Shown here: positions 46,057 to 60,041 of the stretch, in pieces
Position numbering within the stretch: the stretch's first letter is position 1
Layout: each line of letters starts with the position of its first letter
Assembly: GCA_977862235.1 (NCBI GenBank)
Contig: OZ374558.1
Span: 2,790,001-2,854,000, forward strand
Direction: 5' to 3'
Source of the DNA: Dudresnaya verticillata
Lineage: Eukaryota
DNA length: 64,000 bases
Program-made: the position numbers and the translations under genes
Notes under the pieces: generated by a model
Told to the model about the DNA's origin: nothing
The model's input: the letters and a program-made list of their open reading frames with translations, nothing else
Databases searched by the model: none

Positions 46057-49000
46057 ATGGTACGTGGGGGTGCGCGACCTAACTCGGGTGGGCCGCGGGG
46101 AAATTCTGGCGGTGCACGGGCGAATTCAGGTGGTGCCAGGCGCAATTCGGGTGGTGCGAGGTCAAATGCAGGTGGCTCAAGGCGCAATTCTGGTGGTCAA
46201 CGCGATAAAGCCGGAGGAGCGCGTGCGAATTCGGGGGGCTCGTCAGAATTCAGGTGGTGCGCGTGCGAATTCGGGGGGCTCGTCAGAATTTGGGTGGTGC
46301 GAGTCAAAATGCGGGCGGTGCGTGTTCGAATGCGGGCGATGCGCGTTCGAATGCGGGTGGTGCGCGTCCGAATGCGGGCGGTGCGCGTCCGAATGGGGGC
46401 GGTGCGCGTCCGAATGCGGGTGGGGTAAGAGAAAACGCGGGAGGCTCGCGCCAGAATGCGGGTGGAGCAAGGGAAAACGCGGGAGGCGCGCGAATTAATG
46501 CTGGAGGAATTCGAGCGAACTCTGGAGGGGCTCGGAGCAACGCCGGGGGTGCACGTGGAAATGACGGAGGTGCTCGGGTAAACGCCGGAGGATCTCTTGC
46601 AGGCAGTGGGAGGCCACGAAGGACTCAGGTGCCTGAACCGGATCAAGGAATGCTCTTAGAAGAAGGCGATCACGTTAGAAATGGTCCGGTGAGCGACGTG
46701 TATGAGAACAACATTGAAGAGCCCGTTTCGGGGACAGTAGATGCTACTCGTATGTCTGAAGTAGGAAAGGTTGGAAACGGACTTTATTCTGTCTACTATG
46801 CCTCTCATCTACGTTGATAGGACGCTAAGGCATCCGTAAGCATTCCTGCGGACTTCAATACTTCTCGAGACACGAGGCGAAGATGTTCCAACTGTGGAGA
46901 CCGAAGCCATACTGCCCAACGCTGTTCTCTAGAAGTATGGACGCTCTTTATAAGCACCTGCAAGTACTGCGGAAGTTTGGTCCTTGGAAAGGAAGTTGAT
47001 GGTGCTCGTTGTGGAAAGAAGAGTCCTTCTGCATGGAGTTTTACGTTCCGAAGGAGACAGCAGTCCAATCAGCTGGCAGATGTATACAAGCTCCGAACTT
47101 TCCGTACTATGTCCGTACAGCTTAGCTCTCTCTTCGTTACCTGTCTATCCTTCATGGACCCCAAGTTCATGCCTGCCGGTAGGCCTTCTTTCATGAAGTT
47201 GTAAGGCAACGCAGCCATAGCTGTACAAAGCGTGATGCAAGATACACCTTCCTCTGGTCGGACGAGATACGAAGTTTGAGGGAACGCGATCAGCGATCAA
47301 GGCTGATGCGGGATGCTGTTAACAACGCAAATGTTCACCGACTCGTCCCGATTCTGTATGATCGTCTGAAACCTCCACTGCGCATACTAAGGGAGACTTA
47401 CCGCTCCTTGGTTTCCCAGTCTTCGCGTGCTGCTGCCGGCAGCTCTTCAAATGACCCTGCAATCACTGTTCATGCAGTATAAGTGAATTAACAGGTTGCA
47501 AATGACCGTTTAGTAGTACAAAACTACCGTGGGATACAGGTTGGGGACTTAGAAGGCGTGGGAGGAGTGGGACCGCTTCCGCAAGATCAAACTGGAGTAT
47601 CAAGGCATCTACACAGCTACACTGTAAATCCTTCGGGGCTGTTTCGGAGCGAGAAACCAATGGTGCAGATAGTCGGAAGCACAGATGTGCATCAAGACAC
47701 CACCGCAGGTCGCGCACCGGACAGTGAAAGACGTGTTGTTAACGACCGTTGAATGCAGCATCGAAGTTAGCGGAGGTGGGGTCGTTTCCGCTTCTATACT
47801 CGTGTGGTGGTGTCCATTTCCCGTTCAATCTAGCCCTCTTCTTACAAGCAAGAGGGGATACCTCTGATACTGACTCTGAAGCAGAGAAAAACCAGAAGAA
47901 GGTGCGTAAGCTGACGTGGGCAACCCACGTCAAGCGGCGCCTATACTCCGGCAATATCCTTCAGGACAGCGGGACACTTTTCCAAGTCTGGCTACTTCGA
48001 GCCATTACGAACATAGAGGATCAGCGTCTTAGATTCCTTGAACGTGAGCAAACGGCAAGAATCGTCGAGGAGAGAGAACTGCAAGAAGTTGTGATGGATG
48101 ATGATGAAACATACCGTGCTGGCCGGCTCTTCCTTCCTGATAACCACATCAAATCCCCCCATACTGCCAGGGGAGGTTACTAGACGTACAGGTAATCGTT
48201 TCACGAAGGCAAATCCCTTCTCTTCTCGTGACTGTTACGATAAACCCATGGAGGGAAGAGATGGGCCGGCTAGGCCTTGATATTCAACACCGCAGTACCT
48301 TCCAGCCTCATGGAAGCAAGCCCCTCGTCTTCGACCGTCCATATCTCACTGCTAGAGTTTACAATCAATTGGAAACGATGTAATGAGGGAGATAGAAGAG
48401 AACTCACAAGAATTCTTCGGTCGACGTTGTATCGGTATTGCTTCACAGCTGGAGTTCCAAGAAAGGAACACGCCGCCCAATCACATGTTGGTGTTCTTGG
48501 AGGGAGGACTACTGGAGGATTTGGATGAAGTTGACGCCATGATCACTGCAGAATTGCCGACTGAGGAAGATGATCCGGAACTCCGATCTTTAGTCAAGAA
48601 GTTGAACATGCATCGGCACTCCCCGTACTGTAGGGGCCGTAGGCGGGATAGAAGATGCCGCTTCGGGTACGATCTAGACGTCATGACTCCCTCCACATAA
48701 ATTGATGCGGCATGCAATCGCGTTGTGTATCGGCGGAGGAAAGCGGAAGATCTCCGATTTGTACCTTACAATGCTAAGTTAACACGAAGGTACCGTTGTC
48801 AAATCAATGCAGAACGCATACAAGGCGGCGGAGCGGTCGCATACCCCATGATTTATACATTCAAGCCACACAAGTTGCACGACGTAAGCATAATAACCGG
48901 AACAGAAGAGGGCAGGGATGGGACACAGAGAAACCGCGGAAGGGACAATATCCACAATGAAATTCGACTCCATATGCGCGCGAGAGTGAGGGGTGCAGTA

Positions 49001-51398
49001 GAGGCGGCCTGGTCCCTACTTGCTTTCAGGCACATCAAGATGAAGCCTACTGTTTCTGCATATCAGATACACTTAGAAGGAGAACGAAAAATTGTCATCC
49101 GTAACCCGAATCTTCCTCGCCAGTTGTCAGACTCACCGTTGCTGCGCTACTTCAAGCGTCCGACACAGTACAGGTCTAAAACCTTTCTAAACTACATGGA
49201 AGAGTTGAAATTCTATAAGACACTTCCACGAAGCCTTCAATCCCGGATTGGTGACATTCCATGCGACAATGGGCGTCCCAGTCAATATGTCGTAAGGAGA
49301 GGATCCGTTGAATACACTGTCGTACGCATCCGTTTCGTTTCACCAGCCAATGTCGAGCTTTTTGCACTTCGAGTGATCGTCATGCACAGAACGTTCTCCT
49401 CCTTCGCAGATGGCAACGAATTCGAAGGGACTCGATACGAGTCGTTCCGCGATGCAGCAGTGGCTATGGGTCTCTATGCCGATGGAAATAAGTATGACCG
49501 GTCCTTCGATGAAGCAGTGCGAATGCATTCAACTCCTGCCTGCGCTTCATGATATTGACGCATTACCAGCAGGGAGGGAATCCAAATAGAATGTTATAGA
49601 GGCACATGGACTATTTGATATCCGATATTAACCTGGGCTCTACTGCTAGGAACAAGGCCAACCTTATCCGCTGACTCATTGAGATATCCGACCATCATTG
49701 CGGGAATCTACTAAGGCATCACCGCTCATTCCGTTCTTTATTCAGTTCTCAGGAACGATACATGGAGACTGAAAGGGTACAGAACGAGATAAATCGAGCT
49801 TCTTCATCTAGGAGTATACTAACACGCCTGGAGGGCAAGTACAGTACTTTGAACTCGCAACAGAAGCGTTTGTTTGACAGGCTCATGAATAACTTATTCG
49901 AACGACGTCAGTAAGACACACTAGGCACAGATGGAAAAGTCTTCTTCTTACAAGGACACGCTGGAACAGGGAAGACTTATCTTCTTCCTGCACTACGCGA
50001 CATGGAACAGGTCAAGGGAAACAAAACGTGGAGATTACTGCGACTACAGGTATTGCAGCATCACTGTATTCGGGGGGGCGCACACTCCACACCTTACTCT
50101 GTCTTGGAGTAGATGAAAAAGACAGTTCTGAGCGACATGCGAAGCTTTCAAAGTATGGGCCACGCTCGCAAAGAGCAGAGATGCTTCGAAACTTGGCACT
50201 TCTGATTGTTGATGAGGCCTAAATGATGAAACGCGTTTTACTTGAGCACGTTGACGCAATTCTGAAGGACCTTAGAGTGAGACCGGGACCTTCAAGTACT
50301 GGTAGTGGGGATACCAGCAGTAGCTCGGATTCTGCACAAGACAAGCTGCTATTTGGAGGCTTGAGTATCGTGTTTGTGGGAGACTACCTTCAGCTTTTCC
50401 CCGTAGTGCCGCCAAGGAGACTGGAGAAAGATGAACACGGGACTACACGCTACGTTAACGTATTACTTTTGGACGAACCTCGGTAGACTTCCTCCCTTTG
50501 GCCCCGTGTGAATGTCCCGTGTATTACTCAGCAGGTCCGTCAGGCAGAAGACCAGAGATTCAGTAGAATGTTGATGTCCATCGCGACTGGGAGGTTCCCA
50601 GCCACACGTCCGCTTCCTCTTTCATCCACAGGAGATATTACAGCAGCGTACGAAGGTCTTTGGAAGTGGAACCGGAAACCCGAGGGATGTGGAACCAAAC
50701 CGCATGATTGTTTGTCCCACCAACGCGCTCGTCGATGAGCACAATGAGGAATGCTTGAAACGATTCCCGGGAGCAATGTTCTCACTCAAGTCAGCAACCA
50801 GAATTGTTCCGGTCCGACGCAGCGGCAGCAGTTCCAACCCTACCAGCAGCAATATTGTGTCGCAGAAATGACGTACCGGTATATGCCGACAGGAGTTCCG
50901 CCGCATGATCTACAACTTAAGCTCGGTGTTCCGGTCATGGTTATCAGAAACGTTCTTCACCCTCACATTGTCAATGGAGCAATGTTTGTCGTCAAGCGCT
51001 ATACACGCAGAATGGTTTACGTTGCAAAGATTGGCCAATCTGGAAGCGAGCTGGAATACTTCGCGTTACATCGCATAGACTTTTAGTTTGAATTTCACGG
51101 AGTTCGCGTTACGACAAGGCAGTTCCCTATCCGTCTGGAGTTCAGCGCTACGGTACATAAGGCACAATGACAGACCTTCAGCAGAATGATCGTCGACCTG
51201 CGTTCCAATGTTTCTCTCCTGGGCAGCTATACGTTGCTCTCTCCCGAGCAAAAGAAATCTGGCGATATTCTTCTACTACATAAGGAGGAAGACCGTACAT
51301 CCGACCCCGAACATCCATTCCATAATATGCCTGTTGCCGTCAGCAACCCGTTTCTCCCAGAGGCTGGTGACTTTATTGAAGGCAGACGTGATGGATGA
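46057..51398 (+). mobile_element. Decayed Helitron RepHel gene (HUH Rep plus PIF1-type helicase)
   Basis: Rep motifs FVTVTINPW (~48225), EFQERNTPPNHML, YPMIYTFK; helicase motifs QGHAGTGKT (~49950), ATTGIAA..GGRTLH, LIVDEA, FGG..VGDYLQLFPV, QQVRQ, PPHDLQLKLGVPVM, QFPIRL..TVHKAQ, QLYVALSR; many stops and frameshifts. Confidence 0.93.
46066..46612 (+). repeat. ~26 copies of a 21-bp coding repeat (GGARxN[AS]) at the RepHel N-terminus
   Basis: Unit GGCGGTGCGCGTCCGAATGCG and variants; ends in GGSLAGSGRPRR. Confidence 0.9.
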
Positions 51399-51512
51399 TT
51401 CTACTACTTAGAAAATGGAAAATCACAGCCTCTTAAAGGCGTCGATAATTCCCTTCATATCTTAGTGCATCTTGGACGTTCTCTTACAGAATGACGAGAT
51501 GTTTTCTCTTTC

Positions 51513-52882
51513 TTCCTCCTAGTCATGACTGGCAGATTCTCCAAACTCACGAGAGCGATACCGTTTAAGACAGGCACAGCCTATACGGTGGCCAGGGCTT
51601 TCTGCGAGCATTGGGTTTTCATATACGGTCCACCCCGTTAAGTCCTTTCGGGCAATGGCTCGCAATTCGCGTCCAAGTTCTTCCTCGCGGTGTGCGACAT
51701 CCTTCGAATTATGAATATGTTTACGTCAACCTATCATCGGCAGACGAACGGTCAGACAGAACGATTCAATCGTACCCTCCTAGCGGGTTTGCGACACTTC
51801 ATCGCCGAAGATCAGAAAGACTGTGACGAGTTTACCTCTGCGTTGACATACGCGTATAACACTACTGTACATCGTGCTACGGGCCTCGCGACCTTCGATC
51901 TGGTGTTATCTAACCCCCCGACATCCATCTTAATGGAACAAGCAGAGACAGTGGACGTCGACCACGTGCCGGCGACTAACGTTACGAAGCGGCTGTCTCT
52001 ACGCTTAGAGAAGCTGATGGATACGGCCTTACCACGGATGAAGTTAGCGCAACGGCGCTATGAAACGAATTTCAATAATCGGATTCGACCGGCTAACCAG
52101 AAAGTGAGACCTGGGTCTTGGGTTTTCCTAGAGAGGGAAACGAAGGTGAAGGACGCTTCAGGTGTGGCCCGCGAAGGGAATTTGTTCCCTAAGGCTCTCG
52201 TGCCGTATACTGTTCTGGAACGTGGAACGCACGTTGTCGTTCTAGAAATCAAAGGAAATAGAGAGACGATATCTCTGGACCGGGTTACCTTGGCCCCCTC
52301 GCCGCACGAAGACCCAAGCGCGCAGGGTCAAGACCCTTCAGTAGTGGACCTCACGCCACAAGTAAGCAATTCTACCCCAATCGCCACCGGCATGGACCCT
52401 AGCGGCCCCTCGAATGGGGTTCCTAACCTAGATCAGGGCTCGACGGCGCCGAACGGGCGAGTTGAGGGCGCACATGCGGATACCGATCCTCACAATCCCG
52501 ATAGACAGGGAGTTACCGATATTAAGGATAATCCGACTCTCGCGGTGCCGCCTGCTGATGGGACAGACATACCGAGTCCCGATGGGATAGTGGCTGCGGC
52601 CCCTCCCGATCCGGATTGCGATCCTGGAACCTCCGCGCCCAGCACTTCGGAGACCATGCGGAACGACCCCTCTTCCCCGCGGAAGTTTTCTCTTTTTAAG
52701 AAAGCGCCGCCGCGCGAGCGAGTTGACGATCGCATCGTGTCGTATGATGCCGGTCGACGTCTCTACCGCGTTCGGTGGTTTTAACTTCCAGCGTCAGAAG
52801 ACACTTGGGAGCCCAAGGAACATCTTCCTCACAATCTGGTGGCAAGATACCATCGAGCCAAAGGGGTCGCTCTCCCGCAATA
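51513..52882 (+). pseudogene. Gypsy integrase plus C-terminal chromodomain with a few stops
   Basis: FLLVMTGRFSKLTRAIP, HWVFIYGPP, FTSTYHRQTNGQTERFNRTL, LTYAYNTTVHRATG, RVDDRIVSYD..YRVRWF*LPASEDTWEPKEHLP. Confidence 0.92.
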
Positions 52883-54186
52883 AGCGTCCTACGCTAGGAC
52901 ATTGCCCAAGGAGAGCAAATTCGCCGAGAAGAGGCTAGTCGAACCTTGCGTGCAGGGGCACCTGTCGCGAATAATCGCCTATCTGGGCTCACCTACTGCA
53001 TAGGGCGACCAATACGCTCGACGATAGTAATAGCAAAACGGCTGATGAGCCTATGTATAACAATGTGGAATGGGAATTGCCATTCCCCCGCTTAAGCTGT
53101 TGAGCTGGATGATATGGAAATGGATAGATGAATCTGGAAGAGTCAAGACTCTGGAAATGGATGGATGTAATAAGAAGAATCAAGATTCTGGATAGAAGAG
53201 ATGTACATACGTTGAACATATATCTATGTGAACAGAGGAAACCCCTAGAAGTGGGTCGTACTAATAAGAGGGAGAATCGATATTCTGTGCCAAGAAGCAC
53301 GGCTGTCACAGCCTAACCTAGCAGCACCCTCCGGCGCTACCGGAGCTCTGGCAGGGGGAAGACCCCCCCTGATGGTGACCCTGGCTTAGGCCAACGGAGG
53401 GTAATAGCACATCGCTTAAGGCTCGGCAGCAGGGCCCTCGCCTAGCCATCGATGAGCCTTGGTTACGGCTGAAAAAGCGCTCGCGTGAGCATATTCCGCC
53501 ACCCGACGGGGTATGAAGGAAAACTGTCCCTCTCAAGGTGCCTCACCAGGAGGCGGAGAACCCCCGCGGCTTGTAGAGCCTCTCGTCTTCGTCCAACCTT
53601 CGACAGGATGGAAGAAGAAAGGAGCGCCTGAGACGCATGCGTCTCAGCGTGCACACCAATGGGATGGCTGGCCAGCGATGTAGACGGCATTGGCGCCAAA
53701 AACCTCTACAGTACATCATCTCGCTACTGTAGAGAAAAATCTCAGTCGCTGATAGACCCGGATATCCTGGGAGGCGGAATGAGATACCCAGTGAGGGCGC
53801 GCTTATTGGGCGCAGGACGCAACAAGTACAGTGTTCCCGACGCTACTGTGGACCAGCGGCGCCACCTCTCTGGTATTATGCCGCATTGCTGGCACCCTCG
53901 CACTCCACGAGTGGCACCAGGGAGGCGGATTGGTCACCCAAGGAGGGGTTGTCCCACGGCTCGTGGTACCACACAGCCCGCGAGCTCAAGTCACCCACTG
54001 CCTCTATTCTGGCGCTGAATCCAAGCGATGCAACTCCGTTAAGTCCCAGAGGGGGAATACTCTCATACCGCTAACGTGCGCAACGCCTTCCTAAGGCCGT
54101 GAGTCTAAGCATACAAGACGAATCTATTTAGCGGACCAGCCGCTCACAACTCTAAGTCTATAAGCCTGGGGCTAACGCGCGACGCG

Positions 54187-56504
54187 TTAGTCAGAAAGAA
54201 GGTCGATGAACTCGTTCTCCTCGAGCGGAGGGTTGGGACCAGACGGCGCTCGAGCCATCGTGACACGACGCACTTCGCGCACTACTCTAGCCCCACGCCC
54301 ACGACGAGGGCACCGATCGCGACGAGCGCCGAGTCCATCGTGAGCCCCGCTAACACGGTCCGATTCTTGGCCTTCGATATCCATGGGTGAGCTTTCGTGC
54401 TCACCCTCGCCCCCCATGGGCTGTATCTCATCCTCTTCCTTGAAGAGTAGCTCCGTCTTGACAATGACTTCAGAGGACTCCGGAGCCAACGCCAATGGCT
54501 GGGCAACGTCCCCTACATGCGCGGCGTCAACATCCCTCGCATCAGACGGATTAAGCGGAAGCTGACGATCCGCGCCGCTCCCAGCCGCGGAAGGCGCCGT
54601 GGTGGTCGGAAGCCGAGGGTCAACACCCGATGAGATCTGACCCGGAATCCGCACCTGGCTGCGATCAGCCGGCGAAGCTTCACTAGCCCCCTCTGGGGCC
54701 GCGGTAGGAGTCGCTCCAGAAGACCCCGCTAACGCCGATGCAGAAGCTACGGGCTACTGAGGTTAGCCCGAATTCGGGCTGACGAGCCGGTTGAGTGGGC
54801 ATCTCAAGGTGATCCTGGCGTGGAATCTTGCTGGCATCATCCTCAGTGGCTTCGCGGGCGTCAAGACCTGAATTGGCACCAATCGCCCCTTGGGCTACGG
54901 CGGCTGGGTGCAGGGGATGACCAAGTCCCTTACGGCTCTTCTTGCCAACACCACCTGTGGGGCCTTCAGCTTCTTCAGCTTTAACATCCCCCAAGGGCTG
55001 TAACGCCTGAAGATGCGCCCGAAGGCTGGCTTGCTCAACGGGACCCGAGGTCTCAATCCAATGCGCCTCGTACTCGGCTAAAACTTCCTCGACCCAATCC
55101 GCCAAGCTCGCCACAGTGAGGCTGTGGATATTCCAATGCACTGCCAACCTGATGGCCAAACCGCGACGATTGAACACATCGCGGATTTCCGCATCGGCGC
55201 GATAGTGGTGAGCCACCGGCGGAGCGTACGGACCCTGCGGATGCCCGTCGACGGTGTCGTCAAATGATGGCACTTCATCAGGGTTCGCGGGACCCTCATC
55301 ACGCCACTTGACGCTGACCCAACCGCGGGTATAGCCTGTACGGCGCTCACACTCATCTAGGGATACCTTCTCGCCCTCGACCGGGCACTTCTCCAGCATG
55401 AAGTCCGGTCAGACTGGGACCAACTTGTCCGGATCGAATTCCACCCAGTCGCCCCTGTCGAAGACTGGCGTAATATGCCCCATGTTCTCGGGTAGGAAGC
55501 GATTACGCTTGGTGACGCGGCTCCATCGGACTCGATCCACAAAGGATAGAATGGAGTCCAGATCCGCCGCGTCCTCCGCGTTGGCGGTAAAGGCAGTGGA
55601 GCCGAGGAAGCGAATCCGAGCCCGTAAGGGTGCGCTTATGAAGTATAAAAAGCCCCGACGGGCTTCATACATGAATACTTGGGTCACTAAGACCATCCAC
55701 TCGTGCCTGAAGATGGTCCACAACTTCGACTCATCGTATGAGACGCTCGTCATCTCCAACTCGAGATACACCAGAATGGCAGGAGTGCCCACGGGCATCG
55801 AATAAGACACTTCTAAGCCAACGTGATCATCGGGGATCTGAGGATACTTGATCCGGTAGAACTCGGGACGTATCGACGTCACTTCTTGGCAATGCGCCGG
55901 GACGAAACAGCCAGTTCGATGGCGATGGCGGCGTTCGAACCGCACCGAATCTGACGGCATGGCCGTTGGCGGGCTGTCCAACGCATATTTGAAGTTCGAG
56001 GATTCGTCCCAACGGACTACTCGCGCCATCGTATATGGGTAATTATCCCTCCCTGGGCGGATCAAGGGCCTCGGATGGCAAACGATGCTCAGATCGTACG
56101 AACCCGCGTTGTGGATGATGGTGAGTGTGCTTCTCCCTACGGAAGTTAATGAGCCCCGCCAAGGCGGAAGTGAACGACACCTCGTGTCGAAAACGCGGAT
56201 GAGCGAGATCCCAAGCCAAGGGACTGTCCAACGTCGGAAGCTCTCGATTGAGCCCGGTCAGAAGCGCGAGACGGTGGCGGCCGTGAGCATGCCAGGTGCG
56301 GCGCTGGGCACGACGCACGCCGCGCCGGCGAATCTCACTGCGGTCGGCGCCCGCGTTAGCCTTGAGGTGGGTCAGGTCCGTCCGCGCTAGCCAGTCGCGG
56401 CTCTTCTTGATCGTCATCGGCACTCCTGCCTCGTCCATCTCGAAGCCAAGGACTCCGGCGCTGGAACCGGCACTGCCGAAAACGATCTGCTGGTTGATGC
56501 TCAT
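54187..56504 (-). pseudogene. Antisense accessory ORF of the second Gypsy element, homologous to 9773-11939; disrupted by a frameshift (~56060), a TGA (55409-55411) and further lesions
   Basis: ORFs 56043-56504, 55409-56065 and 54683-55399 (last two in one frame) plus 54187-54654; DSVRFERRHRHRTGCFVP, KLWT, GDWVEFDP. Confidence 0.8.
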
Positions 56505-58464
56505 GATGAGCTCTGAAGACACTGAGCCACGTCGAGGCACCTTGATATCCTGAGCCGCAACGATATCGGCGAAGCTCCTCCACTGTCGAGAAGACAAACC
56601 ACGGACCAAGCGCAGCGGCGCGGATGACGGTGACGTTGCGACGCACTTACACACGAAGGCACCAAGCGCCGAAAGACGGTACGGTTTCTAGGGAAAGAGC
56701 CACGCTAGGCGAAAATGACGGAGTTGGACACCTCGATGTGGTGAGCCGAGACGGGCGAGAGGTTGGGTCGAGACAAGGCCGGCCGGGCACTGGAATATCC
56801 AGCCAGTTGAGGCTTTCGCGCAAAACTCGATAAGCGATACTCGTCGAGACGGGACACCCGACGCCGGAGGGGCGTACGATGATTTGTCGCCACGCGGCCG
56901 TCGCGAGACGGGCGTTTTGGTGGCGGTTACACCTGCCCTCAACGGGCCGTTTGGGACGTCCACTACACGCCCGCCCCAACCGGGCCAATGGAAACAGCCT
57001 TGCTGGCTTCGCGGGTCTCTCAGCTTTAGAGAGCGGCCCGTGTGGTACAATGAGCCGCCAGGGGCTGTAAGCACGTACACGTGTTTGGTGCCTGTAATGC
57101 GCGGGTAATATTGCGCGTGACATGCGCCTGTAAGGCGCCGCCCGTACTGACGCACTGTAAGGCCCAGTGCATTGCTGGACACTCCATATGGCATTGCTGG
57201 GAACAGCACGGCGCCAATGAGATGGCTTGCCGTGATTGGCTGATTTATCATGGCCTTACGCACAGGAGCGCGCCCGAGTCATGAGCACCTGACGTGCGCA
57301 GGGCGGAGTACCACCGCTCACTACCTCATTGTAATTATTAACGCTAACTACAATAGCTTAGAATAGGAATAGCGGCGAAGGCGCTTTCGGCCTTCGCCAT
57401 ATTTATTGCGCCCCTGACTAGCAGGGGTCTGCTGAATAGAACCCCACGGTGGGTTTCGGGTCTGTACCGTTTCTTTGGTCTACACGGGCTCACCGTACTC
57501 CCCCTTCCAGGTGCTTTACAAGCTTTAGCCTCGTACGACTTTGTACTCTACGAGTGTTAGGGTGGCGCCGCCCCTTTTTCCCTTTCTTTCAGGCACGCTA
57601 GCCTTTTTCCCCTTTTCCCTCAAGTCTCTACCACCTCCCCATTGAGCTACCCTCGTTAGGGTGTGTGTGCGCACGGGACAGCTGTCCTTGCCGTTTAGCG
57701 GGCTACTGGCTCGTCGCGCCATACTACTACACAAGAGCGCCTGGAGCTCAGGGTCTCCGCACTTAGCCCTCTGCTGCTTGTCTGGAGATCTCTGCACGAG
57801 GTGAAAGACCTGAACTTTTTCTCGTTACCCCTTCTTTCGCACAATAGAGCGAAACGTGTTCACACCAAGAGAGGATACCAGGACCGAATCAGCCCGCTCT
57901 GTTTCTACAGGAAGAATATGGTCTTGAACGCAGCCGGTAGGCTCAACATAGTTAATACGGGGAAAGTTGCGCCTATGCAATGGCATACCAAGCAACACAT
58001 CGTACCGAAAATCCGCAACCACAAAGTTGGATGAGTATTTGTGATTTTCCGTCCTCAACTCGGCAGCTTGAACAACCTCACTGGCCGCTTCAGTCCTGTC
58101 CTTCTTGGAATTAGACAGCGAGGTAGTTGTTTGTTTGACTCGAAACATGCTACGATTTTCGGAAAGGAAGGACTTTGAAACGACATTAGTATTGCATCCA
58201 TCGTCCTTTAGGATGAAAATCGGGACGGAGTTAAGGAAACGTTTCAAAACAATAAGCTCCGCGACTGGTACAGGCTCCAAAACAGTCTGCTTCTCTTCCA
58301 CTCTTTGTAATTGTCCCTCAGGAGTGTCTTTACTGCTTTTTGAGGGACATACTAGTTTTGCGGCGAGTCATCAACATCCTCCTCGACGTCTTTCACTTCC
58401 AACTCCTCAACAGCCTCAAAGATGTTGGTTGCAGCCCTCCCCTGCCTCTCACCCTGGTGCTTCC

Positions 58465-59274
58465 TGTGGCAGTATGGACGCTGTCAGCAGAAGGGCTTCA
58501 AGGAGCGCACTTCTTTTCGCGGGACAGACTGTCCCTTACTCAGGACAGCTGTCCTTTCATCGCTGTACATGTGGATGACACGTGGGAAATACGTGGGTAC
58601 ACGTGTGTACACGTGGCCTTACAGCTGTACACGTGGTGTACACGTGGTATTGTAATGACGCCAGTTGGACACCTCGTATTGATTGATTTATGACGCGCTG
58701 CTGCGCTCCTACTCACGAACGAGGAGCACCTCTGCGCTCAGGGTATCGACAATGCAGCCGAGACCCTAGCCTGGACACCGTCGCATCCGCCACCAAGTCC
58801 CCTAACTGGAACGCATTCCCCTATTTACATTGTACTGACTGTACTAATCTTTGTAACTATAATCACAGACTAACTTACCCCCTTTCGGACTGATAGAGTT
58901 TTCGGCTGTCTAGATCTACTTATGGGTGCCGGAATAGCCGGCGCCCTCAGAATAAACAATCAGCGGAGTTGTTCGGAAAGCCTTCATCTTTTGGTCGTTC
59001 GGACGCTCCGCGCCTGCAGGGGTCGCCCAGTACAGGCCCGGACATCGTACGACACGTACTCTACGAAATACCTGGTCGCAACCTCTATACCTTCCTTCAG
59101 TCGGTCGCGCCGAGTCTTTACCGTGCTTCCGCACCCCCCCTTTCGGATCATCAGGGCCATCCTCTTTCCAAGCCTCTACCAAACCTCCTTCGAGCTACCA
59201 CCAATTAGCTTGTGATATCGGACAGCTGTCTTTTCTTGTTCTTTGCTGTTCCTGGCCGGTGCCATACTGCTACA
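58465..59274. mobile_element. Solo LTR, 810 bp
   Basis: Termini TGTGGCAGTATGG..CCATACTGCTACA; TSD CTTCC at 58460-58464 and 59275-59279; cluster of CACGTG boxes at 58575-58648. Confidence 0.9.
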
Positions 59275-59522
59275 CTTCCACGGATGACAGCCAACTCTAT
59301 GGAAAGTAAAGCAGGCATTATTATGATAGTCCTTGAGACGTTGTCCCTCAAATCTGCGGCCACGGTCTGTGTTCTCTACATTGCCAATTTCCATCGGAGT
59401 AGGCCCTTACGTAGCACGTGATGCCCCATTAACACCACTCGAACAATCAACAACCCACATCTCCCCATCAGTCATTCCGGGAACAGTCAAACACACGTTT
59501 CGGAAGTCGGAAAGATACTTGG

Positions 59523-60041
59523 TGTAAGGAAGTGCCTTTTAGGTCTCTTGTGAACTCAAAGAGTGCACTCAATGAGAAAGCCACAGAGCGGGTACCTGGT
59601 AGCGGTGGTAGAGCGGGAGGAACCCAGAGGGTAGACGAGGGCACGTAACCTGATTGGAAGCACGATACTGAAGGTAGTTCACTGGGCGGGCGGTTAACCG
59701 GGCACGGGTGACAAGTGTGCTGCGGTGCCGATAGCTTGGAGACGTAGTTGGGGCCGGAAGGTGCTTGCCTTTACTGTTCAGTGACCGCTACGGGAGATAC
59801 CCTTATATGGTACTCCAACTGTCAGGCAGCACCCCTCATACTGGGCTATATACACGCCCCCTATCCTAAGCTATAATTTCTAAAATAAATAGACAGATAT
59901 TAAGCTACTGACCTGCAGGGTGACACTTGGACCAATCATAGGCTACCCATCTTGTCCCTGCTGGCGCCCTATAGGTAACGCTATTTCCGCGCATACACGT
60001 GGGCAGAGGGCCCACTTCTGTAAGCCCTTCACTGTATTACA
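59523..60041. mobile_element. Solo LTR, 519 bp
   Basis: Termini TGTAA..TTACA; TSD CTTGG at 59518-59522 and 60042-60046; removal restores the gag frame. Confidence 0.9.

Larger units (their letters stand above)
51513..57800 (+). mobile_element. 3' half of a second Ty3/Gypsy chromodomain retrotransposon (integrase-chromodomain, spacer, antisense ORF, PPT, probable 3' LTR from ~56885)
   Basis: Integrase at 51513-52882; purine tract GGAGGGG at 56866-56872 followed by TGTCGCCAC and LTR-like sequence; right end not resolved. Confidence 0.8.

Noticed and set aside
51519..51523. CTAG-T as the Helitron 3' terminus
   Set aside because: It lies inside integrase codons (FLLVMTGRFSKL) and I see no upstream GC hairpin; the Helitron end appears deleted.
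53098..53318. Purine-rich ~220-bp stretch as a small solo LTR (TGTTGAGCTG..CAGCCTAACC)
   Set aside because: Termini are imperfect and there is no exact TSD.
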